Origin: a virus
Taxonomy: Duplodnaviria > Caudoviricetes
DNA: 64,000 nt
IMG/VR virus record: IMGVR_UViG_3300037722_000745
Location: 96,001 to 160,000 of that record
Direction: 5' to 3' (one strand)
In this document: in pieces, positions 11,301-19,600 of the stretch
Layout: every line of letters starts with the position of its first letter
Numbering within the stretch: position 1 is the stretch's first letter
Program-made: the position numbers and the translations under genes
The notes under the pieces: generated by a model
What the model was told of the DNA's origin: nothing
The model's database searches: none
Seen by the model: only the letters and a program-made list of their open reading frames with translations

Positions 11301-11574
11301 TGCGGTACCCAGAGATAGCATGACGAGTATCGGCGATGGCTCGCGAAGTTGCTTCATAGAGCTTGAGCTGTTTCTCTAGAACCGGTCCGAAAACCCTCTT
11401 GGCAGATCCGACTTTCGTGATGTACCGACTAATGCTCTGGTTGACCCTGTCCTCGCTCTTCTCAACGAGCTTAAGTCGACGAGACATCTCAGACTGGAAT
11501 TTCTGAGCCGCCTTGATCGCATCTTTGGGATCAAGGCCAAACCTATAGTCAATCACCTCCACTGCTTCAGGCAC
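8329..11574 (-). CDS. Tape measure protein
   Basis: 1081 aa, alpha-helical, Ala/Gly/Lys-rich; lies between tail tube/chaperone genes and baseplate genes. Confidence 0.8.
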   Translation of the reverse strand: MPEAVEVIDYRFGLDPKDAIKAAQKFQSEMSRRLKLVEKSEDRVNQSISRYITKVGSAKRVFGPVLEKQLKLYEATSRAIADTRHAISGYRTEITSLDGVLERLRERESTASDEELRAIKERISEVQRLKSEREKVLKTSTGEMESQQEALKKIGRVASEARQQIEIEPTLKADALREAGEELTRPLAAFMRKDFPGAMEAGVGFAGKAFKSFAALGKADTSTMDAGPLKAIAGLSKTMSPLVRTLGKLAPAIGLVAGAMMSIVKLFLDAESAAKDFHKQILETSSTSGYLGANLGNVADASKQLEADLRDLRDGAMSWSNVQWGISKEVSGAFISALTAEGVTMRQLGEETERATGYARSHAQVTQMSVAYSRAFGISLNEITQLQGEMMTEMGMGLDSIQAGFQEVVRGAEQANMASNKFFGIVRSFSSDLSLFTLRMADLTKVMTVLGKTMSPRNAQKFLQTLTQQFKGAGLMDRVRTTMLGGKGATKNILQEDVSRRLGGLAADLKGIGVTEEGLRKAVATGSEDAAAQYMAQFVGEISGAQREAIQDATIMQGKLNSGNMIEVASALKDASPIAAMQILDQVAQRRFGKPVSELTGLQKVAFESMTGFNDEQIDQQRKMVAGLAQTRYDLAHKIGQENKNLTDVELEMLNKLDLAGKSDEEQIRALKEQVSDADVWHAMSSDQQKLLEDSAEQINFQKEAARLQVSTIDQLGVIADILMNYVYNILTDIWGTLVTIASPFLGGNKDFKRFETQIAKLQDVGATRTLNQSGGDIWKARTGIIETSGKRMLAQVEQAKAEKDALIAKGATTKDEGELAAIKARLDLLGNVVAAGANTGGVKGLYDVDPTTMATRLGGLATALREANLGVGAPANVVGAMPGVSPVTASAAPVEVKDGAKAEDQQKTTDQVKKVEKTLKKNVSLAKPSSGYTSAVEDSTLGAIRQGLFEYYLYSGLNREDVAAGLATGMSREALVGGIESQTASLGSTEAAFQAIRQGNARGGIVAGLAGKMAAVDRFPPAPPGEGWAAVRPGEAIMPAGRGGGGRTQVELRLKGDLGRFIDARVVNGTAEFQRNRRLR

Positions 11575-11577
11575 GGC

Positions 11578-12855
11578 TTATTTCCTTCGGAATGGGGTTG
11601 TTGGGGTTGGCGGACGTCTCACAACAGGAACAGCCTCTGATACATCTCGATCTGTAGTAGAGATTTCTGACGTGACCTCCGGGCCCAAGCCCCATTTGCC
11701 CAAGAATCGATCCGTCTTCTCGTCCATCTCTGGGCGCAACTGCCTTCGAGCAGCATTCTGCGCGTGCAGCTGCTTAGCTCGACGCATACGTTCTTCAACT
11801 TGATCTCGCGTGAGACCGTGCAAATCCGATTCCCCCAGAACGTTGTTGTCCCCGAACAACTTCGCACTCTCTTGAGCAACGGCTTCTTGCTGACGCTGGC
11901 GACCCTGATAATTGAGCTGAATCCTCTTCTCGTGTTCTTCGATCACCGAGTCGTGCCAATCCTTCTCGCCCCGTAGATCTTTCTGCAACTGGTCTGCCAG
12001 CTCTTCAACGGTTTGCGGGGCTGTCACTACCGCTCCGGGCAATACCGACGTCTTATCCGGAACCTTTTCCCCGAGCACGATTTCGCGAAGGATTCGATCC
12101 TTTCGAGCTATCCTCTCCTCCTTCTCCTTCCTACGACGATCTGTATCCTGAGCGTAGATCTTCTGCAGACCCTTACCAGCAAAGCAGGATCCGAGGAACT
12201 TGGCGTTCTCCCAATCCCGCTCGTAGTGCTCATTGCGGTCCTCCGCCAAGTTGAGCGCTCTCCAGAGTTGCTGTGCCCAGTTGAGACCAAGATACTGGGT
12301 GCCTTCAATACCCGTAACCGAAACTGAGGTGAGATCGATCCCTTTAAGCTGCATCCACCTGTACCTGGACACACCCTCCATGGCATACGCCTCCGTGAGG
12401 GTCACAGCCGCAGATGCCCTTCGATTGACCTCAGAAACGTGCCTCAAGATGGTAGCTTTCGCCTGCTTCGGAAGATCCGAGAATGTCTCAGCCACCTTGG
12501 GTAGCCACTGTCTCCTATCCGCAAGAATGTTGGCCCCATCCACCATGAAAACACAGTAGGCCAAGAGGGTCGACCAGAACTCGTCAACCTTGCTAGCGTT
12601 CTTCAAGTTGATGCTGAAGCGAAGTAGGTCGTACTCATGGTGGTTGAGAGACTTGAAGACGAAGTGAACCCTATTTATCTCAGCCGAGGTAGTGAGGAAC
12701 CCACGGTAAAGGACCGGCTCGACATCCTTCCAGACAGCTGGATTGACTTCCGGCTCCCTCGGGGCAGTGACCTTAATGTCTTCTCGAAGCTTACCGTCGT
12801 ACTCTGCCTGTAAACTCTTCTGCTCCGCCGCGTATGTTTGGACCGGATCAGCCAT
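11578..12855 (-). CDS. Tail assembly chaperone-like protein
   Basis: 425 aa, just upstream of the tape measure gene. Segment FVFKSLNHHEYDLL...VFMVDG resembles the neighbouring gene (ITLRNLRPDEYTEI...ILEING). Confidence 0.5.
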   Translation of the reverse strand: MADPVQTYAAEQKSLQAEYDGKLREDIKVTAPREPEVNPAVWKDVEPVLYRGFLTTSAEINRVHFVFKSLNHHEYDLLRFSINLKNASKVDEFWSTLLAYCVFMVDGANILADRRQWLPKVAETFSDLPKQAKATILRHVSEVNRRASAAVTLTEAYAMEGVSRYRWMQLKGIDLTSVSVTGIEGTQYLGLNWAQQLWRALNLAEDRNEHYERDWENAKFLGSCFAGKGLQKIYAQDTDRRRKEKEERIARKDRILREIVLGEKVPDKTSVLPGAVVTAPQTVEELADQLQKDLRGEKDWHDSVIEEHEKRIQLNYQGRQRQQEAVAQESAKLFGDNNVLGESDLHGLTRDQVEERMRRAKQLHAQNAARRQLRPEMDEKTDRFLGKWGLGPEVTSEISTTDRDVSEAVPVVRRPPTPTTPFRRK

Positions 12856-12858
12856 ACA

Positions 12859-13977
12859 TTAGGCTTTACGTGACGGTGGGTTGAAACGAGGGTTTATCCC
12901 AACTGCAGGAGGCTGATCGAGAATAGTAGCCACCTGTTGAGGATCCACCTCCTGCTTTCGAAGTTCCACAGGCTCCTGCTTTCGAAGTTCCATAGGCTCC
13001 TGATTCGGAGGGCGGTAGACCGGGATTGGTTCACCATTGGGACCAGGGAGAGTGCCTAACTCCGCCCCCGACCCCGTCTCAAGAGCCGCTATCTTGTCCC
13101 CCCGTTTAACGGGCGTGGCCGGCTCCGACTCTGGCGAGCGACCGGAGTCTGAAGAAGAAACGCCGCGACGAGCTTCAATGGCCGCCTGCAACGTCCGATG
13201 GGGATCCTGGGTCGGCGGGCTCTGGGGAGGACTCTGCCGGCTTTGATCCGCTTCCAGAGGCTCTCTAGGGGGCGTGGGGGGTGAGGCGGCCTCTAGGGGC
13301 TCTCTAGGGGGCGTGGGGGGCGTCTGGGAGTCCTTCGAGGAGGACTCCCGCGCCATCTGGTCGGCACGCTCCATGGTCGCCTTAAGCTCCTCAGCCGTAG
13401 ACTGGCGTATGTAACCCAGCTCACTTAGCACGTGATCGACCAAGCTGGGCGGGAGGTCACTCTCGCACTCCTTAGCCTCCAAGAGTAGACGCCGGTACTT
13501 CTCTTCCTCCGTTTCCTCGGCGAGCAAGAACTCTACCCCCTCCTTGGCCTTGTTCTCAGCCTTAGCTACGACATCGAGGAACTTGCGGTAGATCGTGAAG
13601 AGGACCTCCCGACTCCAAGTATTGACCAAGCGATGGAGCAGGTAATCATGTAACTCTACCTTGATGACCCGGGTGGCATCAGGATTCTTCGGGTCCGGCC
13701 GCTCATCCTCCACAAACTCAACGTCCCGCAGATCGGTCCCGTTGATCTCGAGGATTGACCGAGCGATATGCCCCTTCTGGTAAGCCGTGAGGTAATCAAG
13801 ATCATTCAATCCCTCGCAGGACTTGATGATCTCGGTGTACTCATCGGGTCTCAAATTCCGGAGAGTGATGTCATGACCCTCAACCCGGAACGACTCCTCG
13901 ACCAATCCAATATCTTTGGCTTTGGCGAGAGCTTCCCCTATCTTGTCTGATCCTATTACACCCATGCCCATCCTCAT
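12859..13977 (-). CDS. Tail assembly chaperone-like protein with Pro-rich tail
   Basis: 372 aa, downstream of the tail tube gene. True start may be the third ATG (13965), which follows a GAGGA ribosome-binding site. Confidence 0.55.
   Translation of the reverse strand: MRMGMGVIGSDKIGEALAKAKDIGLVEESFRVEGHDITLRNLRPDEYTEIIKSCEGLNDLDYLTAYQKGHIARSILEINGTDLRDVEFVEDERPDPKNPDATRVIKVELHDYLLHRLVNTWSREVLFTIYRKFLDVVAKAENKAKEGVEFLLAEETEEEKYRRLLLEAKECESDLPPSLVDHVLSELGYIRQSTAEELKATMERADQMARESSSKDSQTPPTPPREPLEAASPPTPPREPLEADQSRQSPPQSPPTQDPHRTLQAAIEARRGVSSSDSGRSPESEPATPVKRGDKIAALETGSGAELGTLPGPNGEPIPVYRPPNQEPMELRKQEPVELRKQEVDPQQVATILDQPPAVGINPRFNPPSRKA
12949..12992. repeat. 24-nt period in-frame tandem repeat (ELRKQE x2)
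   Basis: ctcctgctttcgaagttcca at 12949 and 12973. Confidence 0.85.
13259..13320. repeat. 39-nt period in-frame tandem repeat (PPTPPREPLEA x2)
   Basis: ggctctctagggggcgtgggggg at 13259 and 13298. Confidence 0.9.
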
Positions 13978-13986
13978 TTTTGCGAG

Positions 13987-14136
13987 GATGGCAGCGCTAG
14001 CCCAGTGCGGGCAATGACTCGACTAGAGATCTACATCTTCATTTGACCGACAACCCCCAAACACACATCCACATTCTGGTTTGATCTAGTTCGATTCACA
14101 TCTCAATCGCTGCCATCAACTACCCCTAGGGGGTAG
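13987..14136 (-). promoter_or_regulatory. Structured intergenic element: hairpin, periodic RRAY run and enclosing 10-bp stem
   Basis: Hairpin ctacccc/ggggtag at 14120-14136. Inverted repeat gatggcagcg (13987-13996) / cgctgccatc (14108-14117). Plus-strand RTYY-type tetramers at 14029, 14035, 14041, 14067, 14073, 14079, 14084, 14089, 14094, 14100, plus a variant at 14106. Confidence 0.5.
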
Positions 14137-14143
14137 ATCCCCG

Positions 14144-14854
14144 TTAGATCGGAACTACCGTGTTGCTGTTGTTCGCAAACCTAAGAGAGAAACCCTTCCC
14201 AGGACTGCCATTCGCCGAAACCGGAGCCAATCCCGTGTTGGTGAACTCGCCGTATTGGCTTACGCCGTCGATGACATCCGTCACCGTCACCGAGCTGTTC
14301 TCCGTCACCAAAGCGGAGTCACTGGGGAAGCTTGCTGAATACGAGTTGAGCCAACAGCCCTCAAAGAACGTTAGCAAAGCACGTGGAGTCACAATCGGAT
14401 TGTCGTCGCCCGTAGGTCCTGTCGTGACCGTGGCTGCAACAGACTCGCCATTAGGATCCTGAAGGGACGCCAACTCCGAGAAGACCAGCTCCTGCTTGAT
14501 GTCGAAGGGCCACCGGTGATGCCGCAGCGATCGAACTAGGCCATCGATGCCGCCTCGGTACCCCAAGATCTGAAACAGGTTCGCTGTGTACAGCAGAGTC
14601 TTGTTCAACGTCAGAGTCATCGGGTCGGTGACCGACGGAACAAGCTCGGCAATCTGATCTCCGAACCCAACGCCCCGAACCGGATCGATGGTCCGAGACT
14701 CGTCGAAGCTGAATTCACTGATCACACCGAGCTGCTGGAAGCCGCCCACGCCAACGGTGTAACCAAACACTTTGTTTTTCTGCGAGACCGCAGCTCGCGT
14801 GTTGGGTGCCGTTCCCTGTCTGTATATGTAGTTGCTTGTAGTTACATTTGCCAT
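14144..14854 (-). CDS. Tail tube protein
   Basis: 236 aa. LGVISEFSFDESRTIDPVRGVGFGDQIAELVP and FFEGCWLNSYSASF...ENSSVTVTDV are typical myophage tube motifs; GAGG RBS; upstream of the chaperones. Confidence 0.8.
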   Translation of the reverse strand: MANVTTSNYIYRQGTAPNTRAAVSQKNKVFGYTVGVGGFQQLGVISEFSFDESRTIDPVRGVGFGDQIAELVPSVTDPMTLTLNKTLLYTANLFQILGYRGGIDGLVRSLRHHRWPFDIKQELVFSELASLQDPNGESVAATVTTGPTGDDNPIVTPRALLTFFEGCWLNSYSASFPSDSALVTENSSVTVTDVIDGVSQYGEFTNTGLAPVSANGSPGKGFSLRFANNSNTVVPI

Positions 14855-14864
14855 GTCTCACCTC

Positions 14865-15458
14865 TCACGCAGTCTTACTGGGTGGATGGAACAACTCATG
14901 GATGGCGTCCGCTCGTTTGGACAAATCCGAGAGGTCAGTACCCACCCAAGGCTGAGCAAGATCCACATTCTGAGCGATCTCAGTGACTCGAGACGCAATA
15001 CGGTGGAGATCCGCCTTAGCTCTCACACTGTCGAAGCGCTTTCCAGCCTTCTTCAGGCGCTCGATGATCTCGTCTGTTGCAGCAACCTTGGTAACAATGC
15101 CCTCAGCCAGATCCATGTTGGCAGAAAAAGTATCGTAGGACGCAGTCTTGGGCATGTAGTTCTCCATCTCGACGGGTCGATCAACCAGTCCCATAAGAGG
15201 GTTAGCGGGCGAAGACGAGTATCGAGCCCTCTGAAATGGAAGCATCCCCCACATCCGATCAAGGTCCACCGACAACATCACCTGCCCGGTGGACGTGAAC
15301 TCCTGAAGCGCTTTCCGGGCCATTCGGGCAGACACAAGCCCTGTGATCAACCGGAGGACGGACACCGGACCCAGTGTGTACCGAGATCCATCGGGCACCT
15401 GGACAGTATCCACGAACCCATCGGTGCTAATTGTGACTAGCGCTACTCGTCCCATCAC
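14865..15458 (-). CDS. Hypothetical protein; possible internal start at 15153 (MPKTAS...)
   Basis: 197-aa ORF. An internal GGAG RBS precedes ATG 15153, and a putative promoter lies at 15192-15204. Confidence 0.6.
   Translation of the reverse strand: MMGRVALVTISTDGFVDTVQVPDGSRYTLGPVSVLRLITGLVSARMARKALQEFTSTGQVMLSVDLDRMWGMLPFQRARYSSSPANPLMGLVDRPVEMENYMPKTASYDTFSANMDLAEGIVTKVAATDEIIERLKKAGKRFDSVRAKADLHRIASRVTEIAQNVDLAQPWVGTDLSDLSKRADAIHELFHPPSKTA
15192..15204 (-). promoter_or_regulatory. Putative late promoter TAACCCTCTTATG
   Basis: Part of an 18-bp sequence (15190-15207) identical to 50567-50584; related motifs lie upstream of other late genes. Confidence 0.5.
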
Positions 15459-15479
15459 AAGAGAGGATTGAAAACTAGT

Positions 15480-15836
15480 TCACCGTAACCCGTACTTCAT
15501 CATCAGCTCCTTTGTCCGAAACCAATCCACATTCATCGGAATGGTTCCAGAGAGAATTCTAGCCTGCAGCTCTAACACGTAGTCTCTTTCGTCTGACCTT
15601 AATGGGTAACGAAGAAGAGCTGCGCACCGATTCTGGAGCACAACACGTTCATGTTGTTTCTCAACGTCGACCCCTGTCTCACCTGTTGAGTCACAGGCGT
15701 GACAGGGGCGGTGACCGCAAGAGCACGTTGCATCGGGGTCTAGGAAAATACGACACCGAGGCAAGTGTACACGCCCGCGGCCCGAGCATATGGCGCACGT
15801 CGTTTTTGCCACTTCAACTAACGTAGCGCAGTTCAC
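15480..15836 (-). CDS. Small Cys-rich (Zn-binding) hypothetical protein
   Basis: 118 aa with CAIC, CSCGH and CHAC motifs. Confidence 0.6.
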   Translation of the reverse strand: MNCATLVEVAKTTCAICSGRGRVHLPRCRIFLDPDATCSCGHRPCHACDSTGETGVDVEKQHERVVLQNRCAALLRYPLRSDERDYVLELQARILSGTIPMNVDWFRTKELMMKYGLR

Positions 15837-15861
15837 AAAAAGATCGCGTGCGCTTTAGATC

Positions 15862-16623
15862 TTATTCAGCCAACTCAGAGTCTGCAAAGCGACGATTCCC
15901 GTAACCGTAGCCGGCTCCACGAAGAGTAGAGATGACTTGACTAGCTTGTTGTTTGGATAAAGTGACTAGCTGCTTTTGGTTAGGGATATGAGAAAACCCA
16001 GTCAAAACATCCAACCCTAAGTCGGACCATTCCTGATGCCCCTTGAGATCTCGTAAAAGTACGCGGATGAAGTTGATCTGCTTGGGTGTACTTTCACCTT
16101 TCAACTTGTCTAAAGGAACTTCACGCTGATACGTAGGTTGCGCCCCGTGCGATTCTTCTGCTCGTTCCCTCTCTTCACGCTTCTCCCGTGCGTCATCCTC
16201 ACGCATCTGACGCTCAGGGTCGCCCTTACGCTGACGAGTCTCCGCCCACTCCTCCCAGAAGTCTTCCCGGTTCTCGTACTTCTCTGCGAGTTCTTCAATG
16301 CGATCCTGAAGCTTGTTTTTCCAGCCCTGCGTCCTTTTGACAATAGGGGCCTTACCCCTCTCTAACGGTCCTTTGTCTTTCAGACTGATGAGCTGCACAC
16401 GGATAGCATCTGATCCAACACCCGCCCCTGTGCCTGAACGAGGGCTAATTGAGGACCATACACGGATACCAACGTGTCCGCCCAGCGTGAGGTCAAAGAT
16501 AATCTCCCCGTTTTTGATCCCCTCTCGAGGACGCAGAGCACGAAACCCTCTCTTGAGGAACTTCTCCATCTCCTCAAGAGTGATCTCCGTATACCGGGCA
16601 GCCATCGCAGTCTTTTGCGTCAT
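15862..16623 (-). CDS. Hypothetical phage protein
   Basis: 253-aa ORF whose start overlaps the helicase stop; no family recognised with confidence. Confidence 0.7.
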   Translation of the reverse strand: MTQKTAMAARYTEITLEEMEKFLKRGFRALRPREGIKNGEIIFDLTLGGHVGIRVWSSISPRSGTGAGVGSDAIRVQLISLKDKGPLERGKAPIVKRTQGWKNKLQDRIEELAEKYENREDFWEEWAETRQRKGDPERQMREDDAREKREERERAEESHGAQPTYQREVPLDKLKGESTPKQINFIRVLLRDLKGHQEWSDLGLDVLTGFSHIPNQKQLVTLSKQQASQVISTLRGAGYGYGNRRFADSELAE

Positions 16624-19600
16624 GACTGCCTCCGATCGTAGGCGGGGATGTCCCAGTCATCCGGGACGACACCTTCGTAGTCGTTTGAAGTTGCGGTCTT
16701 TGATCCCCCACTACCTGTATCCGCAGTTGGAGCACCGGGCTTCGGTACGTTCTCTCCGACCTTGAGACCCGCTTCATCCACAAAGGGACTAATACCCGCC
16801 GCTTTACCGCCAACCGAGGACGGACACACGACCGTCAAGTTCATCGCCGCTCGAGTGAGGGCCACATACCCAAGACGCCGCTCCGATTCCATCTCCTCTT
16901 TGACAACCTCCGGATCAGGCGGAGGCGCTCCAGGCTTCTGCGGTGGCGTAAAGGGGAACTTGCCCTTGGGCATCGAGACATAGCAGTTCTTCCATTGAGC
17001 GCCTTTGGTCCCGTGCGCCGTCCCGATATAGACACCCGGAGGCGGTTTCCGCTGTTCAGGAGGCAGAGCCGCCTGTTGTTTGTCCCACTTGGAAATGTCA
17101 ATGCGCAGCTCGCGAGCCTTGGCTGCATAACGCTCCATCTTGGATTTGAAACCGGACGGAGTGTTGGGATCATCAAGCAGGTCCCCTTCGTCCGTTGGAT
17201 CCTTCTTGGCCAATTCGAACAGGAAGCTGATATTCCCAAGACCCTCAGTCTCGTCTTCCTCCTCTTCAGTCGTGTCATCCTCATCCAAGCTGTCTCGGAG
17301 GTCCGCTTTCAGGCTGTCGCGGAAAGTCTGCTCGACGTATTCCGCACGGGCCGTGCGAGGGTTCGTTACAGCCACCGTGCCCGTCATCCCGAGGATGTCG
17401 TCAAACAACGCATAAGTCGTGTAAGACGGATCCGAGAGGTTCGCTTGCATGCGAGACAGCTCATCATGGATCTCATAGAGCTTCTCTACCGTCTTGTTGT
17501 ACTTGAAGCCACTACGCGAACGGGCCAGTTTCGCAGCCAGTGTTTCGACGAAACGCGAGTCCCCAAGAGCCTGGACAGGGTTGACCGACTTGAGATCTGA
17601 GTTCGTCTGGCGAGAGAAGTTCGCGAAAGCTTCTGAGACCGCACTCACGCCCGCATCTGGACCCACGAAAAAGCGATTGGGTTTGTTGATCACTTCCCCC
17701 AAGGCCGCCTGCATCTTCGCAAAGTTCGATCCCGTCACGAGCTGGACGTAACTCAAGAATGCCTTCGTCTCCGGAGACCCTAGGAAGCTCGATGTTCCCT
17801 TTCTCGCGTAAGGAACACCGCGAATGATACAAGCTGTCTCGTAAGCGTGTTGTTCTTTGTTCGTGCGAGTCAGGATGGCGTTGTCCGTGACCTCCCCGTC
17901 GGCCGCAAGTGACGCTTTGATCTCCTCGATCACATTGAGCGCAGCATCCGCCTCGTCAATCGCAGTTTCAACCCGGACCGAACCCACCCCACGAGTCTTC
18001 GATGGTGCTGGATTCGCCTCCAAGGGAATTTGATCCTCATTGTAGGCAATTAGGCGATTGGCAAGATCAACAATCTCAGGTTGACAACGATAGTTGGTGC
18101 GAATGACCCGCGTCTTCCAACCCTCAGCCTGCGACCTAGCAATGAAGATGTCCGGTCGTGCTCCTCGGAAGCCGTAAATGCTGTTGTGTGAGAGGATCCC
18201 CCCACCAAAAAAGTTGGAGGCGTCGTCAATGTCAAGATCGACGAACGTGCCAGGGACGGATTCAATGCCTGTGATCAGTTCCAGATCCAGACAGCCCCCC
18301 TCTAACACCGCGACTTGCATACCAACCATCAAGGATGATGCCGTGATCAGAGGCGCAGGACCCTCAGAAGTCGACAGCCTTTCCCTAACTGGCACACCCA
18401 ACGATCCCTGCAGCCGTTGGGCGAAATCCAGGCTATCGCGATAGTTGGTGAACCACTTGCGGAGGCGTCTACGTGCCCCACGCTTTTGAAACACAACACC
18501 CATTTCGTCAAGGCGTGCGTCCAAGTCATCACCGGACCACTCCAATCGAACCTGGGAACCCTTTGCGCCGTGTGCTGTTAGATTGATCAACCGACGTTGT
18601 GTGCTCCCTCTAGTGGTGGTACCGCACGCCATCCACACCGGCAGATCGAAACTCATACCTTTTGACTCTAGAATAGCCGCACCCTTACTACCGAACTTCG
18701 CGAACACGGCATCGACCCGGTCTTGATTGATCCCCCTCCCAACTCCATTAAATACCAGCGTGGGTACACCAAATTCCAAAGAATACTCAGCCTCTTTCAG
18801 AAGAGCCGATTCAAGATCCGACTCCACATTTAGAACCCACAACCGATCCGCCCTCTCATGGATCATCCGGGAGCCATAAGGGTTAGCATCCGAGCGGCCT
18901 CTATTTGTAACCCCCACACGAAACCCCACACCCTCTTTGTACATTAGGTAAACCAGATGTTGATCGTCTTCCAATTCTGGAGGTGTGGCCCAGATCTTAT
19001 GGTTGGGGCTCATTGTGAGCGTTCTTCCGCTTTCGGTTGTGACGAAAAGACCGTGTGTCCAGCTCGACGCTACGACATACTGTACCTTCTGGGGCACCAC
19101 ACAACCGTTCCGATAGGCTAGAACAAACTGCCCTTCACGAAGATCCCCCGCAGGAATCTCACCCTCCGGGGTCGCTACTAACGTACTGGTGGACACACAC
19201 TGGCGATCGTCCCCAACCATCCAAACCGACTTACCGTCAGATCCGTCAGTGACGTGCTCCGATATTAACTCAATGATGTCATTCTGAACCTGGTTGAGAT
19301 CTTGGCAGTTGTGGCTCAGTACCCCATTCCCGAAAAAATTCCCAGTGTCCTCTACAGTAATGTCGTAGAACACAACCCCTTCGATAGGCTCCAATGCCAC
19401 AATAGGATCAAGCCCAAATTTGGAGTCATCTCTGGCTCCTAGATCCTGCCCCGTAGCTGACAGATGGGCCTGCCTAATGGCTTCATATATAGAATAGTGG
19501 ACGCAACCCCTAACAGGGACTTGAATTCGATACTTGTCTGCTAGACGCCGGATCTCTTTACCACGCATGAAATTGACAACATTTTCGTTGTTGTCAATCC

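Noticed and set aside
11574-13977. Programmed ribosomal frameshift in the tail chaperone genes
   Set aside because: The two ORFs are separate with their own starts (TAA-TGT-ATG junction), and no slippery site joining frames was evident.
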